Assembly (NCBI GenBank): GCA_963737905.1
Contig: CAVTUQ010000008.1
Span: 96,001 to 160,000 of the forward strand
Length of the DNA stretch: 64,000 nucleotides
Reading direction: 5' to 3'
DNA from: an uncultured delta proteobacterium
GTDB taxonomy: Bacteria; Desulfobacterota; Binatia; UBA9968
The translations under genes were made by a program, and so were the position numbers. The notes below the pieces were generated by a model. It did no database searches. It was not told the DNA's origin and saw only the letters and a list, made by a program, of their open reading frames with translations. Numbering within the stretch: the first letter of the stretch is position 1; each line of letters starts with the position of its first letter. Of this stretch, positions 25,072 through 35,641 are shown piece after piece.

Positions 25072-26100
25072 ATGTCTACAATGTATCAGCATTGGACGGA
25101 TTTGATCAAACCCAAGCAGCTCGAGGTCGACGAGAAGTCATTAACCCCGACTTACGGAAAGTTTTATGCGGAGCCCTTTGAGCGCGGTTTTGGTCAGACC
25201 ATCGGCAACACCCTGCGCAGGATCTTGCTTTCCTCGCTTATGGGCGCATCCATTGTCGCCGTCCGTATCAAGGGGATTCTCCATGAATTCTCAACCATTC
25301 CCGGGGTGACGGAAGACGTAACCGATATCATACTCAATCTGAAAGAGGTGCGACTCCGGCTCAACGATGGGGAGCAGCAGACCCTCAAGATCGATGCCAA
25401 AGGGCCTGGAACAGTGCAGGCAAAAGACATCGTCGCTCCCCCTACCGTGGAAATCCTAAATCCTGAGCACAAGATCGCGACTCTATCTCGCGACGCTAAG
25501 TTGGAAGCGGAGATCATCGCAAAACTCGGTCGCGGCTATGTCCCCGCGGAAAGGAACAAGGAAGAAGGGGCGCCGGTGGATACGATTTTTATCGACGCGG
25601 TTTTTTCCCCCATTCACAAGGTGAACTTTAATGTGACCAACGCTCGCGTAGCTCAACGGACCGATTATGATCGTTTGGTTTTTGAGGTTTATACCGACGG
25701 CAGCGTGAAGCCGGAAGACGCCGTAGCGTATGCGGCGAAGATTCTCCAGGACCAGGTGGGGATCTTCGTAAACTTCCAGGACGAACCCCGCCAGGAAAAA
25801 GGCGAGGATGGACCCACGATTCCGTTGAACGATAATCTTTTCCGCAGCGTGGATGAGTTGGAATTTTCCGTGCGCTCGCAGAACTGCCTTCAAAACGCTG
25901 ATATCAAGTACATTGGTGAACTGGTCCAGAAGACTGAACAGGAGATGTTGAAGACTAAGAATTTCGGCCACAAGTCGCTCAACGAGATCAAGGAAATTCT
26001 TCGTGAGATGGGGCTAGAACTTGGCATGAAGATTGATCATTTTCCCTCCCGAGAAGAGATCGAGAACCGACGGCGCGCCAATGAGAAGGAATCGGCATAA
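25072..26100 (+). CDS. rpoA: RNA polymerase alpha subunit
   Basis: [43 protein letters not shown]; start could be 25060, 25072 or 25081. Confidence 0.98.
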   Translation: MSTMYQHWTDLIKPKQLEVDEKSLTPTYGKFYAEPFERGFGQTIGNTLRRILLSSLMGASIVAVRIKGILHEFSTIPGVTEDVTDIILNLKEVRLRLNDGEQQTLKIDAKGPGTVQAKDIVAPPTVEILNPEHKIATLSRDAKLEAEIIAKLGRGYVPAERNKEEGAPVDTIFIDAVFSPIHKVNFNVTNARVAQRTDYDRLVFEVYTDGSVKPEDAVAYAAKILQDQVGIFVNFQDEPRQEKGEDGPTIPLNDNLFRSVDELEFSVRSQNCLQNADIKYIGELVQKTEQEMLKTKNFGHKSLNEIKEILREMGLELGMKIDHFPSREEIENRRRANEKESA

Positions 26101-26103
26101 ACC

Positions 26104-26565
26104 ATGCGCCATCTCAAGTCGGGTAGAAAACTTAGTCGAACGCCCAGTCACCGGTGGGCCCTGATGCGCAATCTCATCACCTGTTTGTTACGCGACGAGA
26201 GAATTCAAACCACAGACCCGAAAGCCAAAGAGGTGAGACGCTGGGTTGATCGCGTCATTACGTTGGGCAAACGGGGCAGCTTGCATGCGAGGCGTCAAGC
26301 CCTGGAAATCGTTCGTGACAAAGCCACCGTGCGCAAACTATTCGATACCCTCGCGCCACGCTTCAAGGATCGTCCTGGCGGCTATACCCGGATCGTCAAG
26401 ATCGGTCGGCGGCGAGGAGATTCAGCGCCGATTTCGATGATAGAATTGGTGACGAGCGCGGAACCTGCAGTTGAGACACCATCCGGGAAAAGGAGAAGAC
26501 GACGTAGAGGAAGGGCATCATCCGAAGAGGCCGGCGCCCAAGAGAAAAACGCGCTGACCGCGTAG
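26104..26565 (+). CDS. rplQ: 50S ribosomal protein L17 with C-terminal extension
   Basis: [28 protein letters not shown]. Confidence 0.98.
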   Translation: MRHLKSGRKLSRTPSHRWALMRNLITCLLRDERIQTTDPKAKEVRRWVDRVITLGKRGSLHARRQALEIVRDKATVRKLFDTLAPRFKDRPGGYTRIVKIGRRRGDSAPISMIELVTSAEPAVETPSGKRRRRRRGRASSEEAGAQEKNALTA

Positions 26566-26584
26566 CCTTTTTCGTCGTCTCTTT

Positions 26585-26632
26585 ACAAAAGCCGAAGCTA
26601 GGCGATTTCCACCTAGGCTCCGGCTTTTTTGT
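26585..26632 (+). terminator. intrinsic terminator ending the alpha operon (possibly bidirectional)
   Basis: AAAAGCCG-AAGCTAGG...CCTAGGCTC-CGGCTTTTTT stem-loop with T tail. Confidence 0.8.
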
Positions 26633-26767
26633 TGCTCGCCTTTCTTGCCGATGGAGTTGGTGTCTCTGCGACACTCATAAAGAAAAAATCATAGCGTTAA
26701 TAGGCCGGACCGATGGCTTTTGTTCAAAGCACGGTCGTGATATGAGGCACGGTGGACAGGAAAGACC

Positions 26768-27133
26768 ATGGGACTACTGCGTCGATCGCTCAACGATATC
26801 CTGCGCATTGACTTGAACGTTGGTGCTTTGGATCGGCTCCAGTGGCGCGATTTTGGCAATGGTCTTTCCATGTCCCGCTTGGCGCGTGAGGGGAAGCGGG
26901 AGCTGATTCTGTATCGAATTGCGGCCAATGCCGCTCGGGACGCGTTTCTGCAACACGAGCACATCGGCGGCGAATTCTATCTTGTCCTCAGAGGCAAGAT
27001 CGCCGATGAGACGGGGGAGTACGTCCAGGGAGACATAGTTTTTCTGGATCCGCAATCCATACACCGGCCACAAGCAGTTGGCGAGACGGTCGTTTTGGTG
27101 CTCTGGCCGCAAGGCGTGCGTATCGTCGACTGA
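26768..27133 (+). CDS. stand-alone ChrR-like cupin domain protein
   Basis: HEHIGGEFYLVLRG and GD.V......SIHRP cupin motifs; no anti-sigma N-terminus visible. Confidence 0.75.
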   Translation: MGLLRRSLNDILRIDLNVGALDRLQWRDFGNGLSMSRLAREGKRELILYRIAANAARDAFLQHEHIGGEFYLVLRGKIADETGEYVQGDIVFLDPQSIHRPQAVGETVVLVLWPQGVRIVD

Positions 27134-27170
27134 GTGAGAGCGATCAACGGGCTCGCGGACAGGAGGATTT

Positions 27171-28055
27171 ATGAAAACGTTGGGATTCATCGGCACTGGC
27201 GGCATGGGCAGTGGTATGGCGACAAACTTGATCAAAGCGGGTTACAGCTTGGTCGTTAATGATTTGCGGCGGGAGCAGGCCCAAAGATTGGAACATCAGG
27301 GGGCGGTATTCAAGGAGTCGCCTCGGGCGGTGGCTGAGTCCAGTGAGATGGTACTTTCGATGCTGCCATACAATGAGGCGGTTCGCACGGTTGGACTAGG
27401 TAACAGCGGATTGCATGAAGCCGCCACCGGCGCAAAACTGTGGGTTGATTTCAGCAGTATCGACAAGAAGACGATCGTTGGGATAGAGGCTGAACTGCAA
27501 AAAAAAGGGTGGACGGTTCTCGACGGCTCTGCGGGCGGTGTCGAAGAAGCAGCGGCAGCGGGAACGCTGTCGCTCTGGATCTCGGGATCGAAAGAGTTGT
27601 TTAATCAACATCAACCCGTGTTTAAAGCGATGGGCAAAAAGATTCTCTATGTTGGCGAGCTCGGCAACGCCAAGTTGGTAAAAAACGCCATGGCGATGTT
27701 CGCCGCGATTCAGCACTTGGGACTCGCGGAGATTTTCTCTTGGCTCAGGAAAGGGGGCGTGACCGAAGAAGCCTTTTACACTGTTTTGAAGAATTCCCAG
27801 CAGAGTTCCGAAGCCATCGACCGCATCTGCGAGATCGTTGTCAGTCGGAAATTCAAACCCCGCAAGTCGTGGATGCCCAAAGATGTCGGCTTCGGGCTGG
27901 ACATGGCTCGCGAGATGGAGGTGCCGGTTCCCTTCACCGCCCTGGCCTATCAGATGTTTTCTATCGCCCAAGCCACCGGCCTTGACGGCTATGAGGCCAC
28001 CGGCATCGCCTGCAACGTGTTCGATCTGATTACGGGGCAAACGAAGGGTCACTAA
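27171..28055 (+). CDS. NAD(P)-dependent beta-hydroxyacid dehydrogenase family protein (3-hydroxyisobutyrate dehydrogenase-like)
   Basis: LGFIGTGGMGSGMA Rossmann motif, AAAGTL, catalytic K in AKLVKN, KD..FGL; SD AGGAGG. Confidence 0.85.
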   Translation: MKTLGFIGTGGMGSGMATNLIKAGYSLVVNDLRREQAQRLEHQGAVFKESPRAVAESSEMVLSMLPYNEAVRTVGLGNSGLHEAATGAKLWVDFSSIDKKTIVGIEAELQKKGWTVLDGSAGGVEEAAAAGTLSLWISGSKELFNQHQPVFKAMGKKILYVGELGNAKLVKNAMAMFAAIQHLGLAEIFSWLRKGGVTEEAFYTVLKNSQQSSEAIDRICEIVVSRKFKPRKSWMPKDVGFGLDMAREMEVPVPFTALAYQMFSIAQATGLDGYEATGIACNVFDLITGQTKGH

Positions 28056-28066
28056 AGGAGGGGCGA

Positions 28067-28606
28067 TTGTTTCCCCAGGAGCGCATCTCCCGTTTTCTTA
28101 GCTATCTCCTACGCCATCGGCCGAAGGAGTATCCGATCTCGTTTGACCGCCATGGGTTTGCCCCATGGACCGATGTTGTCGACACGGTACGGGAGCGGTT
28201 TCAGGAAGTCATGGAGGAGCAAATTCACTCCGTGATCGACGGTTCCGACAAGAAACGCTTCGAATTAAAAGAGGGTAAAGTTCGCGCTACTTACGGTCAT
28301 TCTTTTCCGGTGGATCTTGGTCTCGAACCGGTGGAGCCGCCACCACAACTCTACTTTGGAACCGCGCGGGATCTGGCTCAATCGATCTTACACAAAGGAC
28401 TTAGGCCGCGTGACCGGCAGTATATTCATCTCAGTCCATCCGTGAGTGAGGCGATTGCCGTGGGAAAGCGACGGGATCCTGCCCCCGCGATCATCGTGGT
28501 GGATTCACTGGCCGCGTACGCCGAAGGCGTTCGCTTCTTTGCCTCCGGCCCTCTGTTTCTGGCAGAGAACGTTCCGCCTAATTTCCTGTCCTTGGATCAA
28601 AAGTGA
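28067..28606 (+). CDS. kptA: RNA 2'-phosphotransferase (Tpt1/KptA family)
   Basis: SRFLSYLLRH, DKKRF, RATYGHS, RQYIHLS, VPP; TTG start after AAGGAGG. Confidence 0.9.
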   Translation: MFPQERISRFLSYLLRHRPKEYPISFDRHGFAPWTDVVDTVRERFQEVMEEQIHSVIDGSDKKRFELKEGKVRATYGHSFPVDLGLEPVEPPPQLYFGTARDLAQSILHKGLRPRDRQYIHLSPSVSEAIAVGKRRDPAPAIIVVDSLAAYAEGVRFFASGPLFLAENVPPNFLSLDQK

Positions 28607-28788
28607 AGCGGTTCCGTCTAGCTAGTTTGGAGGCGCAGCAAAGCCGCGACTTGTAATCTTTATCCAGGCCCAATCGTTGCTGTGTTGCGCATCGCCTACG
28701 CGGAAGACGTTCGCACAATTAATTGACTCGTAGGTCTTGCGCCGGCAGACTTGAGACGGCGACGGAGCCCCCGTGAAAGGAGGTCGGT

Positions 28789-29289
28789 ATGTACTTACGC
28801 ACGTTATTCATCCTGATCGTAATCGGCGCCGTGGCTATTTTTGCCGCCGTCAACTGGAATGCATTCGTGGCGCCGACGACAGTATCGGTGGTTTTTACCA
28901 CCGTAGAGGCGCCGCTCGGGCTTATCTTGCTCGCCGTTGTCGGCGTGCTCACATTGTTGTTTCTCCTCTATGTGGTCTATCTGCAATCTTCGGTTCTCAT
29001 GGAAAACCGGCGCAATGCGCGTGAATTGCAATCGCAGCGAGAACTCGCCGAGCAAGCGGAGATTTCTCGTATCAACCAACTGCGCTCCTTTCTGGAAAGC
29101 GAACTTAGCAGGCTCGGAGAAAAAACCGAGGAATCGAAGGTGGCCGCGTTAACGAAGCTTGAAACAGTGGAAGGCGAACTGCGATCGGTGATCGAACAGT
29201 CCGGAAATACGCTTGCCGCTTACATTGGGGAGATCGAGGATAGGCTGGAACGAACCTCCGGCGGACGGTCTTCAAAAGACCCTGCCTAA
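28789..29289 (+). CDS. LapA-family membrane protein (two TM helices plus coiled coil)
   Basis: AIFAAVNW...EAPLGLILL pattern; strong SD AAAGGAGGT. Confidence 0.65.
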   Translation: MYLRTLFILIVIGAVAIFAAVNWNAFVAPTTVSVVFTTVEAPLGLILLAVVGVLTLLFLLYVVYLQSSVLMENRRNARELQSQRELAEQAEISRINQLRSFLESELSRLGEKTEESKVAALTKLETVEGELRSVIEQSGNTLAAYIGEIEDRLERTSGGRSSKDPA

Positions 29290-29389
29290 GCGGGATTTGA
29301 GGTACCGTAGCCGACGCCGTATAAGTTCAGTCTGGGACCTAGCGAATTCTCGCTAGGCGTCAATCTATCCGGGCGGCTTCTGCAGCCGC

Positions 29390-29418
29390 TTGCTTCATAC
29401 GTGAAAAGCCATTATAAA
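29390..29418 (+). promoter_or_regulatory. putative sigma70 promoter for argS
   Basis: TTGCTT-17 nt-TATAAA, followed by the palindrome AGCTAATTAGCT at 29420-29431. Confidence 0.4.
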
Positions 29419-29532
29419 TAGCTAATTAGCTCTGCTACAAACGAGTTTTCCCGCAAAAGTTGCATCAAAAAGCTGTTGGGTACGGGCGGGGTGGCGCATG
29501 CGTGGAGCCGCTCCGAATAAACCAGAATAGAA

Positions 29533-31248
29533 ATGCGAAGTCACCTTAGGGAGCTTTTGACCCAAGCCATCGAGAAAACAGCAAAGGGGGGAGAGCTGAA
29601 TTCAACAGAGCTCCCCCCTTTGCTTCTTGACCCGCCCAAGCAGCGGGAGTTTGGCGACCTGGCAACCAACGTCGCGATGTTGTGGGCGCAAAAAGCCAAA
29701 AAATCCCCACGGGTCATCGCGGAGATGATCCTCAAGAATCTCGAGGATCCGCATGGTATTCTCGCGCGCAAGGAGATCGCGGGTCCCGGTTTTTTGAACT
29801 TTGGGTTTTCTTCGCAGTTTTACTACCAGCGGCTGTGGGAGCTTGCGGAAGGGAAGACAGGCAATCTCGATATCGGTCGAGGCCGGAAGATGCAGGTCGA
29901 GATCGCCAGTGTCAACCCGACGGGTCCGCTCCATGTCGGTCACGGGCGTGTCGCAGTCATTGGAGATGTCTTGGCACGGCTGCACGAAGCGGTCGGGTTC
30001 AAGGTTGAGCGCGAATACTATGTCAATGACGCCGGTAGGCAGATGGAAAATCTCGGACTTTCCGTTTATGCTCGGTACCGCGAGCTTTTTGGCGAGCAGG
30101 TCGACTTTCCCCAGGATGGCTATCCCGGGGACTACGTTAGGGAAATCGCGGCTCAAATCAAACAAAGGGATGGCGACAAGTTCCTGAAGGGGCCCAAAGA
30201 AATGGCGGTCGATTATTTTCGCCAATATGGCGGTAATTCGCTGCTCGATATCATTCGCCGCCAATTGGGCGCGTTCGGCATTGAGTTTGATAGTTTCTTT
30301 TACGAGAAGGATCTGATGAGGGCGCCTCTAGACGACCGCAGCGCAGTGGCGCTGACGATGGACCAGCTACGCGCGCGCGACCTGCTTTATACTCAAGACG
30401 GCGCAGAGTGGTTCAGGTCGACGCAGTTCGGTGACGACAAGGACCGCACCGTGATTAAAAGCGACGGTGAGCTGACTTATTTTGCCAGCGACATCGCTTA
30501 TCACCGAAACAAGTTCGAGCGGAAGTTTCATAAGCTTATCAATGTCTGGGGAGCGGATCATCATGGCTATGTGCGGCGATTGAAAGCGGCGATGCAGGGA
30601 CTGGGCTATGACCCGAACCTCTTGCACGTCGTCCTGGTCCAACTGGTGCAGCTTACGCGCGGCGGCGAGCCCGTGCGTATGGGAAAGCGCACCGGTGAAT
30701 TCGTATCGCTAGAAGAAGTTTTACAGGAAGTTGGGTGCGACGCAGCGCGTTTTTTCTTCTTGATGCGAAAATCAGATAGTCATCTCGACTTCGATTTAGA
30801 TTTGGCGAAGCGCCAGTCAAGCGATAATCCCGTCTTCTACGTGCAATATGCCCATGCGCGCGTCGCCAGCATTTTCGAGCAGGCCCGCAAGAGCGGCATG
30901 TTGGACGGTGTCGGTGGAGGTGATCCGCCGATTGCGCTGGAACGGTTGAAGCTAGCTGAGGAGTTGGAGCTGATTCGCCAGATGGTTCAATTTGACGACG
31001 TGTTGGAAGACAGCATGCGGGAGCTCGAACCGCATCGCATGGTCTTTTATCTGCTTGAATTGGCCGGGGAGTTCCATCGCTATTACAATCGCTTTCGGGT
31101 GATTTCGGATGATCCAGAGTTAAGTCACGCCCGGCTATTCCTGGTGCAGAATGTTCAAAAAACTATTCGCCGAGGGCTGGAAATCTTGGGGGTTGAAGCA
31201 CCCATGAAGATGGCCTCCCGTTCGGAGGAAGATCCGCCTGAATCCTAA
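29533..31248 (+). CDS. argS: arginine--tRNA ligase
   Basis: NPTGPLHVGHGR, EYYVND, WGADHHGY, NPVFYVQYAHAR. Confidence 0.98.
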   Translation: MRSHLRELLTQAIEKTAKGGELNSTELPPLLLDPPKQREFGDLATNVAMLWAQKAKKSPRVIAEMILKNLEDPHGILARKEIAGPGFLNFGFSSQFYYQRLWELAEGKTGNLDIGRGRKMQVEIASVNPTGPLHVGHGRVAVIGDVLARLHEAVGFKVEREYYVNDAGRQMENLGLSVYARYRELFGEQVDFPQDGYPGDYVREIAAQIKQRDGDKFLKGPKEMAVDYFRQYGGNSLLDIIRRQLGAFGIEFDSFFYEKDLMRAPLDDRSAVALTMDQLRARDLLYTQDGAEWFRSTQFGDDKDRTVIKSDGELTYFASDIAYHRNKFERKFHKLINVWGADHHGYVRRLKAAMQGLGYDPNLLHVVLVQLVQLTRGGEPVRMGKRTGEFVSLEEVLQEVGCDAARFFFLMRKSDSHLDFDLDLAKRQSSDNPVFYVQYAHARVASIFEQARKSGMLDGVGGGDPPIALERLKLAEELELIRQMVQFDDVLEDSMRELEPHRMVFYLLELAGEFHRYYNRFRVISDDPELSHARLFLVQNVQKTIRRGLEILGVEAPMKMASRSEEDPPES

Positions 31249-31276
31249 GGCGTCTGGTCAATCGCAGAGAGTTTCG

Positions 31277-31972
31277 ATGGCTGAGAATAGAAGAGATCGG
31301 GACAAGCGTTTTTACTTCAGTCGTGGACAGTTGGTGTTGCTCGGTGGCGCATTTACGCTAGCTTCACTGGTTATTTTTTTCCTGGGCATTGTCGTCGGCA
31401 GGGGAATCGAAGAACGAAAAATGGCTAGGCCAGAGGAACCCCTCATCAAAATTCCCGTAAACCCATCGGCCCAAGGTAGCGGTGCAGGACCTGCCGGTCA
31501 GACAAAAGAAGAGCTGACATTTTACGACACGCTGGCCAAATCATCCAAAAGCGAATCCTCGCTCGAGGAAAAAGCCAGCGAGCCGAAACAACCCGAGAAG
31601 GCAACCAAGTCTGAAAGAAAAGAAATCAAAGCCAAGGGACGTGAAGCCTCGCCTCCGGTGTCGTTCAAAACGGAGGAGAAGGCGCCCCGAGAAAAGTCCA
31701 ATGCGGTCCAAGTGTCAAATTCTGGCGAAGAATCGGGTAAAGCTTGGTATGTGCAGGTCAATGCCTTCCCCGATGAGAAATCGGGTAAAGTCTCTGTTGA
31801 TAGGCTCAAGAATAAGGGCTACAACGCCTATTTGACGGAAGCGCGAAACAACGGGAAACTCTGGTACCGTGTCCGGGTGGGCGAGTTCAGTTCACGCGAG
31901 GAGGCGGAGAAGATAGCGGATATCCTGAAGTCCAAGGAGAATTTCCCCAAGGCATTTGCCACCCGTCAGTAA
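31277..31972 (+). CDS. SPOR domain-containing membrane protein
   Basis: TM helix, ELTFYDTL, YVQVNAF...WYRVRVGEF..REEA; usual position after argS. Confidence 0.88.
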   Translation: MAENRRDRDKRFYFSRGQLVLLGGAFTLASLVIFFLGIVVGRGIEERKMARPEEPLIKIPVNPSAQGSGAGPAGQTKEELTFYDTLAKSSKSESSLEEKASEPKQPEKATKSERKEIKAKGREASPPVSFKTEEKAPREKSNAVQVSNSGEESGKAWYVQVNAFPDEKSGKVSVDRLKNKGYNAYLTEARNNGKLWYRVRVGEFSSREEAEKIADILKSKENFPKAFATRQ

Positions 31973-31986
31973 CGTTACAGGCCAAG

Positions 31987-33003
31987 ATGAGTATTCGGGA
32001 AGCGATCGAGAAGCTGGTTAACCGGGTCAATCTCTCCGAGGACGAAACGATCTCCGTCATGAACGAGATCATGACAGGAGAGGCAACGCCTTTACAGGTG
32101 GCGTCCTTTCTCACCGCCCTCAGAATGAAAGGGGAGACGGTGGAGGAAATTACCGGAGCTGCACGCGTGATGCGCGAGAAGGCTCATCGCGTCCACGTTC
32201 ATTCTAAAACCGTCCTGGATACGTGCGGCACCGGGGGAGACCAGAAAGGGACCTTCAATATCTCCACGACGTGTGCGTTCGTAGTGGCCGGGACCGGCGT
32301 CCCGGTTGCCAAACACGGCAACCGCTCGGTATCAAGCCAATCGGGAAGCGCCGACGTTTTGGGGGTTTTAGGGGTCAAGGTAGATGCGCCCAAGGAACGC
32401 GTTGAGACCTGTCTCCACGAGATTGGGATCGGCTTTTTGTTTGCGCCTCTACTTCACGAAGCGATGAAATATGCCGTGCAGCCGCGCCGCGATATTGGGA
32501 TTCGTACGATCTTTAATCTGCTGGGGCCATTGACGAATCCAGCGATGGCGACGCATCAGCTGTTGGGTCTCTATAGCGGCGGATTGGTGGAGACGATCGC
32601 CCATGTTTTGAAAAACCTCGGTAGCATTCGGGCCATGGTCGTTCACGGTGTTGAAGGATTGGACGAAATCTCCCTCTGTGGTCCGACCCGAGTCGCCGAG
32701 CTGCGCGATGGCCAGGTCCAAGAGCACATGATCGAACCAGAAGCCATGGGACTCAAGAGATGTCGCATGGAGGATCTCCATGGCGGCAGCGCGGAAGAGA
32801 GCGCCGGTGTAGTGCGCGCTGTGTTACAGGGAAAGAAGGGAGCTCCTCGGGATGTAGTGCTGCTCAATAGTGGCGCGGCGCTCTACGTCGCCGGCAAAGC
32901 CCCGTCTATTGAGGACGGCATGCATTTGGCTGCGGAATCCATCGATTCCGGCAGAGCACAGGAGAAGCTGGAGCGGCTGGTCGAGTTGACAAACTCAGCT
33001 TAA
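31987..33003 (+). CDS. trpD: anthranilate phosphoribosyltransferase
   Basis: DTCGTGGD, KHGNRSVSS.SGSADVL, RTIFNLLGPLTNP, GLDEIS. Confidence 0.98.
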   Translation: MSIREAIEKLVNRVNLSEDETISVMNEIMTGEATPLQVASFLTALRMKGETVEEITGAARVMREKAHRVHVHSKTVLDTCGTGGDQKGTFNISTTCAFVVAGTGVPVAKHGNRSVSSQSGSADVLGVLGVKVDAPKERVETCLHEIGIGFLFAPLLHEAMKYAVQPRRDIGIRTIFNLLGPLTNPAMATHQLLGLYSGGLVETIAHVLKNLGSIRAMVVHGVEGLDEISLCGPTRVAELRDGQVQEHMIEPEAMGLKRCRMEDLHGGSAEESAGVVRAVLQGKKGAPRDVVLLNSGAALYVAGKAPSIEDGMHLAAESIDSGRAQEKLERLVELTNSA

Positions 33004-33009
33004 CCTTTC

Positions 33010-33790
33010 ATGGCTGAATTTCTAGCCACTATCGTCGAGCACGTGAAAAATCGACTGGGGCAACGGTCGACGGGAGATGCCGGCGTCGGCTCTGCGCGAG
33101 CGGCCGCTGTTTCACACGCCCACGCGTGGTTTTGCTAAGACGCTAACGGGAGGCTCGCGTCAGATAATTGCAGAAGTAAAGCGAGCCTCGCCGTCCAAAG
33201 GGTTGATCCGGGAAAATTGCGATCCGGTAGCGATCGCCCAAGACTATGCCAGTCACGGAGCAAGCGCGATCTCGGTGCTCACGGAGGAGCGATTTTTCCA
33301 GGGCAGTCTTTTGTATCTGGAGCAGATTCGCAGCGCGGTCAATGTGCCGTTGCTGCGTAAGGATTTCATAGTCGATCCCTATCAGTTGACCGAAGCGCGG
33401 AGCTATGGAGCGGACGCGATTTTGTTTATTGCGGCCTTGCTCGATCCGAGTTTGCTACAGGAGCTCTGTGAGCAAGCGACGGCTCTGTCGTTGGACTCGC
33501 TCGTCGAAGTGCACACCGAAGAGGAACTCAACGCTGCGGCAAAGGCCGGGGCACAAGTGGTGGGTATCAATAACCGAGACCTCAAGACCTTTGAGGTGAG
33601 CCTGGCCACCACCGAGAAATTGGCTCCGCGGGTTCCCACCGGCCTGCCAGCGGTCTGCGAGAGCGGCATCGAGAATGTGGAACAGATTCGGCGGGTCGAA
33701 AAATTGGGCATACACGTCTTTTTGATCGGCGAATCGCTCATGCGAGCGGCTCAGCCTGGAAAAAAGCTTCGTGAGCTGTTGGAGCGGTAG
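33010..33790 (+). CDS. trpC: indole-3-glycerol phosphate synthase; +1 frameshift near 33046-33068
   Basis: IAEVKRASPSKG, SVLTE, LRKDF, GINNRDL, ESGI in frame 33077-33790; N-terminal MAEFLATIVEHVK from ATG 33010 lies in another frame. Confidence 0.92.
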
Positions 33791-33824
33791 CGCTAAAACC
33801 TTCGAGGATTGAAATTTCATCACC

Positions 33825-34451
33825 ATGACCAAGGTCAAGGTCTGTGGCATCACCAATTTGGTGGACGCCGAGAAGGCACTCGAATTCGGTGCCGATGCCC
33901 TAGGATTTAACTTCTATCCGCCAAGTCCTCGCTGCATCGCGCCGGAGCAGGCACGCGCTGTTCTCGAGCGATTGCCTGAAGTGTCCTTTAACGTAGCCGT
34001 TTTCGTCAACGAACCGAAACAGAAGGTCCGCGAGATTATTATCCATGGAGAGCTTGCCAATGGGCGCCAGGCATACGGCGCACTACAGTTTCATGGGGAG
34101 GAGAGCGATGACTATTGCCGGGGCTGGTCGATGACAGTCATCAAGGCGTTCCGAGTGCAGGGGAAAAAATCCCTGGAGGGAATGGAACAGTTCCCGGCAG
34201 ATTTTTATCTATTGGATTCGTGGTCGTCGGGATACGGCGGATCGGGCGCGGCATTTCCCTGGGAATGGCTCGAAGGACTAAAGACTGAAAAACTGATTTT
34301 GTCGGGCGGTCTAAGCATCGAAAACGTCGCTGAGGCCATTCGCCGGATCCGTCCCTACGGTATCGACGTCTGTAGCGGTGTGGAAGCACGCCCGGGTATT
34401 AAAGATCATGCGAAGCTCAAGGAATTCATTCTCGCCGCAAAAGGTGCCTGA
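33825..34451 (+). CDS. trpF: phosphoribosylanthranilate isomerase
   Basis: [35 protein letters not shown]. Confidence 0.96.
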   Translation: MTKVKVCGITNLVDAEKALEFGADALGFNFYPPSPRCIAPEQARAVLERLPEVSFNVAVFVNEPKQKVREIIIHGELANGRQAYGALQFHGEESDDYCRGWSMTVIKAFRVQGKKSLEGMEQFPADFYLLDSWSSGYGGSGAAFPWEWLEGLKTEKLILSGGLSIENVAEAIRRIRPYGIDVCSGVEARPGIKDHAKLKEFILAAKGA

Positions 34452-35628
34452 TCAGCGCGGTCATTTCGGTCTCTACGGCGGCCGCTATGTGGCGGAGACC
34501 CTTATGCCCGCGCTCACGGAGTTAGAGCAAGCTTACGCGCAAGCGCGGCGCTCTCCGGGCTTCCGCAAAGAGTTTCAGCACTATCTCCATCAATATGCCG
34601 GAAGAGCTACGCCCCTCTATTTTGCCGAACGGCTGACCCAGAAATTGGGCGGCGCAAAAATTTACCTCAAGCGCGAGGATCTCTGCCACACGGGCGCGCA
34701 CAAGATCAACAACACACTTGGCCAAATCCTCTTAGCGCGCAAAATGGGCAAGCGGAGAATCATCGCGGAAACGGGCGCGGGACAGCATGGCGTCGCTACC
34801 GCGACGGTGGCCGCGCGGTTCGGTCTTGAATGCGAGGTCTTCATGGGCAAGGAAGACGTCGCACGGCAATCGTTGAATGTGTTTCGCATGAAACTCCTTG
34901 GCGCCAAGGTGAGGGTCGTGGAAGCAGGCAGCCAAACCTTGAAGGATGCGATGAACGAGGCACTCAGAGATTGGGTGACCCACGTGCGCAATACCTATTA
35001 TTTGATCGGTTCCGTGGCCGGTCCGCATCCCTATCCGATGATGGTCCGTAACTTCCAATCGGTGATCGGAACAGAGGCGCGCAGGCAAATTCTGAAAGCC
35101 GAGGGGCGATTGCCGACTTATCTCGTTGCTTGTGTGGGCGGCGGCAGTAACTGCATGGGGCTTTTCTACCCCTTCGTCCGCGACCCGAAGGTAAGAATGC
35201 TAGGTGTTGAAGCGGCCGGCAGAGGTTTACGCTCAGGCCAACATGCGGCGTCGATCCTTGGCGGAGAGGTCGGCGTGCTCCATGGCAGCAAAAGCTACGT
35301 CCTGCAGGATCAGAGCGGACAGATCCGCGAGACGCATTCGATTGCCGCGGGACTAGACTACCCCGGTGTAGGGCCGGAACTCAGCTATCTACGGGATCGT
35401 GGGAGAGTAAAATTTGCTTCGGCCACCGACAGTGAAGCCATCGAAGCGATCAAACTCCTGGCGGAGGTGGAAGGGATCATCCCGGCATTAGAGAGCGCCC
35501 ACGCTATTGCGGCGGTCATGCGGCTCGCGCCCCGCTTGCCCAAACGTGGCACGATCATTCTCAATCTCTCGGGACGGGGAGATAAGGATATGATGACAGT
35601 GGGGGACTACTTAGGAGTAAATCTGTAA
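34408..35628 (+). CDS. trpB: tryptophan synthase beta chain
   Basis: [39 protein letters not shown]; start either ATG 34408 or GTG 34444. Confidence 0.98.
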   Translation: MRSSRNSFSPQKVPDQRGHFGLYGGRYVAETLMPALTELEQAYAQARRSPGFRKEFQHYLHQYAGRATPLYFAERLTQKLGGAKIYLKREDLCHTGAHKINNTLGQILLARKMGKRRIIAETGAGQHGVATATVAARFGLECEVFMGKEDVARQSLNVFRMKLLGAKVRVVEAGSQTLKDAMNEALRDWVTHVRNTYYLIGSVAGPHPYPMMVRNFQSVIGTEARRQILKAEGRLPTYLVACVGGGSNCMGLFYPFVRDPKVRMLGVEAAGRGLRSGQHAASILGGEVGVLHGSKSYVLQDQSGQIRETHSIAAGLDYPGVGPELSYLRDRGRVKFASATDSEAIEAIKLLAEVEGIIPALESAHAIAAVMRLAPRLPKRGTIILNLSGRGDKDMMTVGDYLGVNL

Positions 35629-35641
35629 GAACGGCTCATGG

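Noticed and set aside
414-26500. Many long antisense and alternate-frame ORFs over rpoBC and ribosomal genes (for example 1956-2819, 5794-6558, 8482-9300)
   Set aside because: Shadow ORFs of conserved genes; no recognisable motifs or RBS
29290-29532. T-box or other riboswitch upstream of argS (hairpins at 29338-29357 and 29373-29389; GGGGTGGCGC near 29488)
   Set aside because: No GGTGGNACC T-box consensus and no terminator before argS; the hairpins lie upstream of the candidate promoter
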